Position numbers and translations under genes: made by a program. Under the pieces are notes generated by a model, which saw nothing but the letters and a program-made list of their open reading frames with translations, ran no database searches and was not told the DNA's origin. Below are positions 62,317-64,000 of a DNA stretch of 64,000 nt, piece after piece (position 1 is the stretch's first letter; each line of letters begins with the position of its first letter). The stretch comes from an uncultured Candidatus Saccharibacteria bacterium (lineage in GTDB: Bacteria > Patescibacteriota > Saccharimonadia > Saccharimonadales > Saccharimonadaceae), in contig CAZODR010000003.1 in assembly GCA_964578645.1 (NCBI GenBank), forward strand, positions 13,951 to 77,950, given 5' to 3'.

Positions 62317-63201
62317 ATGAAGAGAAACAATTCGAAAGTTGTTGTAGCAGCAGTAATTGTCGCGGCTATTGCTGTCGTCATTGCTGCTTGGTGCGCCGGG
62401 CGCGCCAGTATGCTGGAGGAAAAAGGTAACTCCCAGACTGCGGAAGTTTCCCAAAATGCCAGCTCGGAGACGAAGGCTCCGCAGGCAACAGAGAAGGGAA
62501 AATCTAAGTCCAAAAAATCCAAGGACAAGGCGGTCGATCCGACCGTGCCGCAGGAGAATCAGCAGTCTGAGTCTGAGCCTGAGAAAGATGTAGACAAAAA
62601 ACCTCATCCGAAAAAGGAGGAGGTAGAGTACTCCAAGAAGACCAAGGATGGCTTCCGCTACACCTTGAGGCCTGTGGAAAAGGCCACTGATAAAAGCGCC
62701 TTTGTCCGCATCACAGAATGGGATCCATATGACCGAAGCTTACCGAGCTTTGAGACTATGAGAACCAGTGTAAAGCTTGAAAAAGACAAGCACTATCTGC
62801 TTGCTGTCCTTTGCAGCCTTGATATCATACCGATTGATGATGACGGTGAGGAATACAAGTGCATGGCTAATTTCAGCTGCACTTCCCCAACGTCCGTAAA
62901 GGGCGGCGCAGAAGAGGAGGTCAACATCGCGTTGGCCGCTCAGGGCGGAGTAGTAAACGGCGCTGCCAAGATAGAAGCGGCGGGGGATGCTGACATACAG
63001 TTCAACATGGAACCAACAGTCTTTGGCGACGACGAAGACTGCTTATATGCCATCATGGCCTCCCGCGACGACAAAATTGCGCCAATTAAAGGAGAGCTAT
63101 TTGGCGGTGACGCCATTTTTGAACGCATGCTGACGCTCACGAAGCTCAGCTTAAACACAGGAGAAGACAGCATCCTGTTCATTCCGTTTGTGACAAAGTA
63201 G
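62317..63201 (+). CDS. Hypothetical N-terminally TM-anchored protein with lysine/glutamate-rich linker
   Basis: Start moved to MKRNNSK behind AAAGGGGGAATTAAT. A terminator AGCACGCCC-AGA-GGGCGTGCTAATTTT lies downstream. Confidence 0.7.
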   Translation: MKRNNSKVVVAAVIVAAIAVVIAAWCAGRASMLEEKGNSQTAEVSQNASSETKAPQATEKGKSKSKKSKDKAVDPTVPQENQQSESEPEKDVDKKPHPKKEEVEYSKKTKDGFRYTLRPVEKATDKSAFVRITEWDPYDRSLPSFETMRTSVKLEKDKHYLLAVLCSLDIIPIDDDGEEYKCMANFSCTSPTSVKGGAEEEVNIALAAQGGVVNGAAKIEAAGDADIQFNMEPTVFGDDEDCLYAIMASRDDKIAPIKGELFGGDAIFERMLTLTKLSLNTGEDSILFIPFVTK

Positions 63202-63278
63202 CCAGCTACCAAGCCTAGTACCTACTACAACCGGCACGCCCAGAGGGCGTGCTAATTTTCATATAACCTTCAGTCGCC

Positions 63279-64000
63279 TTATAATTCTTCTGGCTTCACT
63301 CGCACCTGCTCGCAGCTATCACGGTCGCGCACCGTCACCGTGCCGTCCTCGAGCCCCTCGAAGTCCACGACGACGCACTTCGGCGTCCCGATCTCGTCCT
63401 GCTTCTTATAGCGTTTCCCGATATTTCCCGAATCGTCCCAAGTCACGAACGTGTATTTTTCCTTCAGCATCTCATAAACTTCGCGCGCTCTCGCAACCAG
63501 CTCCGGCTTATTCTTCAAAAGCGGGCTAACGCAGAACTTATACGGCGCCAAATTCTCCGGCAATTTCAGCACAATCCGCCCCTCTTCCTCGGTATACGCA
63601 CTGCTCATCACGGCGAGGAACAGTCGCTCGACCCCCATCGACGGCTCAATCACATGCGGCACGAAACTCTCGCCGCTATTTTTGTCGCGATATTCCATAC
63701 TCTTTCCGCTCGCGCGCTGGATATTCATCAGGTCATAATCCGTCCGATAGGCTAGCCCCATCAGCTCCTCTTCGCCATTCGGATAGTCAAACATCATATC
63801 GATCGTGCGCTTCGAATAAAACGACCGGTCTTCCTCAGGGACTTCGAGATCGTGAATCATCTCTCGCGGCAGCCCAACCACTTCCTCCAAGAACCTGTGC
63901 TGCTCGACGCGCATCTTTTCGAATTCTTCCATCCCAGTATCCGGCCGCACGAAATACTCAATCTCCATCTGGGTGCATTCGCGATCCCGGAGGACGAAAT
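63279..64000 (-). CDS. glyQS: Glycyl-tRNA synthetase (alpha2 type), C-terminal part; 5' end beyond window
   Basis: EIEYFV motif, class II motif 3 region (IEPSMGVERL) and the anticodon-binding domain (PYKFCVSPL). The frame is open to the window edge. Confidence 0.88.
   Translation of the reverse strand, partial: FVLRDRECTQMEIEYFVRPDTGMEEFEKMRVEQHRFLEEVVGLPREMIHDLEVPEEDRSFYSKRTIDMMFDYPNGEEELMGLAYRTDYDLMNIQRASGKSMEYRDKNSGESFVPHVIEPSMGVERLFLAVMSSAYTEEEGRIVLKLPENLAPYKFCVSPLLKNKPELVARAREVYEMLKEKYTFVTWDDSGNIGKRYKKQDEIGTPKCVVVDFEGLEDGTVTVRDRDSCEQVRVKPEEL

Noticed and set aside
1-64000. I looked for rRNA genes, CRISPR arrays, transposases or IS elements, prophage structural genes and known defence systems.
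   Set aside because: None was recognised. The only recombinase is the tyrosine recombinase at 25786..26712. No nuclease, helicase or ATPase modules typical of defence islands were seen among the orphan genes.

Overview
64-kb window from a small-genome, Gram-positive-like bacterium. A Patescibacteria/CPR, Saccharibacteria-like origin is my inference from gene content and promoter style only. The backbone is housekeeping: alaS (3' part), uvrD/pcrA, rsmA, metG, pheS/pheT, trxB-like, sbcB, uvrA, pyk, pgk, rplY, rpmA, xseA/xseB, recO, rarA, ppa, a TetR plus ABC-2 operon, an MsbA-like exporter and glyQS (3' part). Many of these genes sit 6-10 nt behind an extended -10 box (TGnTATAAT), so they are probably leaderless. 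The interval between uvrA (ends 24610) and tRNA-Glu (37695..37769) looks accessory and holds the most unusual content. (1) A tyrosine-recombinase gene is bracketed by ~139-nt inverted repeats that form the identical 5' ends of two divergent paralogous secreted proteins. The only -35 box lies inside the bracketed segment, so this is a candidate promoter-inversion switch. (2) Next to it is a cluster of secreted, membrane-anchored surface proteins (WxL-like, DUF916/DUF3324-like, and one with a PNTG sorting signal). (3) Seven copies of a ~190-nt cassette encode only the last ~63 aa of a Fibrobacter-succinogenes-major-paralogous (FISUMP, C-type-lectin-like) domain. Each copy has nucleotide-identical 5' (GTGCGCAGCGGC) and 3' (CTCTCCGCTGCCTGGCTAATTAGAGTATATGTAGC) boundaries around a divergent core. 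They occur on both strands, some behind a conserved promoter/hairpin module, and no full-length gene is present in the window. This fits a silent-cassette or shufflon-like variation system, or an uncharacterised mobile unit. (4) There are three tRNAs (Lys, Arg, Glu), with duplication scars around tRNA-Lys. Elsewhere I see a G9 tract in the spacer of a surface-protein promoter, with the gene itself frameshifted, and a G10 intergenic tract. A repeated consensus promoter / 5' hairpin / RBS module precedes several orphan genes, and two copies of this promoter point antisense into aaRS genes. There is also a promoter-to-terminator ~120-nt candidate sRNA, a PfkB-like/class I aldolase fusion, and a signal-less CHAP hydrolase. 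No rRNA, CRISPR array, transposase or reverse transcriptase was seen. All calls rest on reading the sequence and the ORF track and on motif recall; no searches were run.
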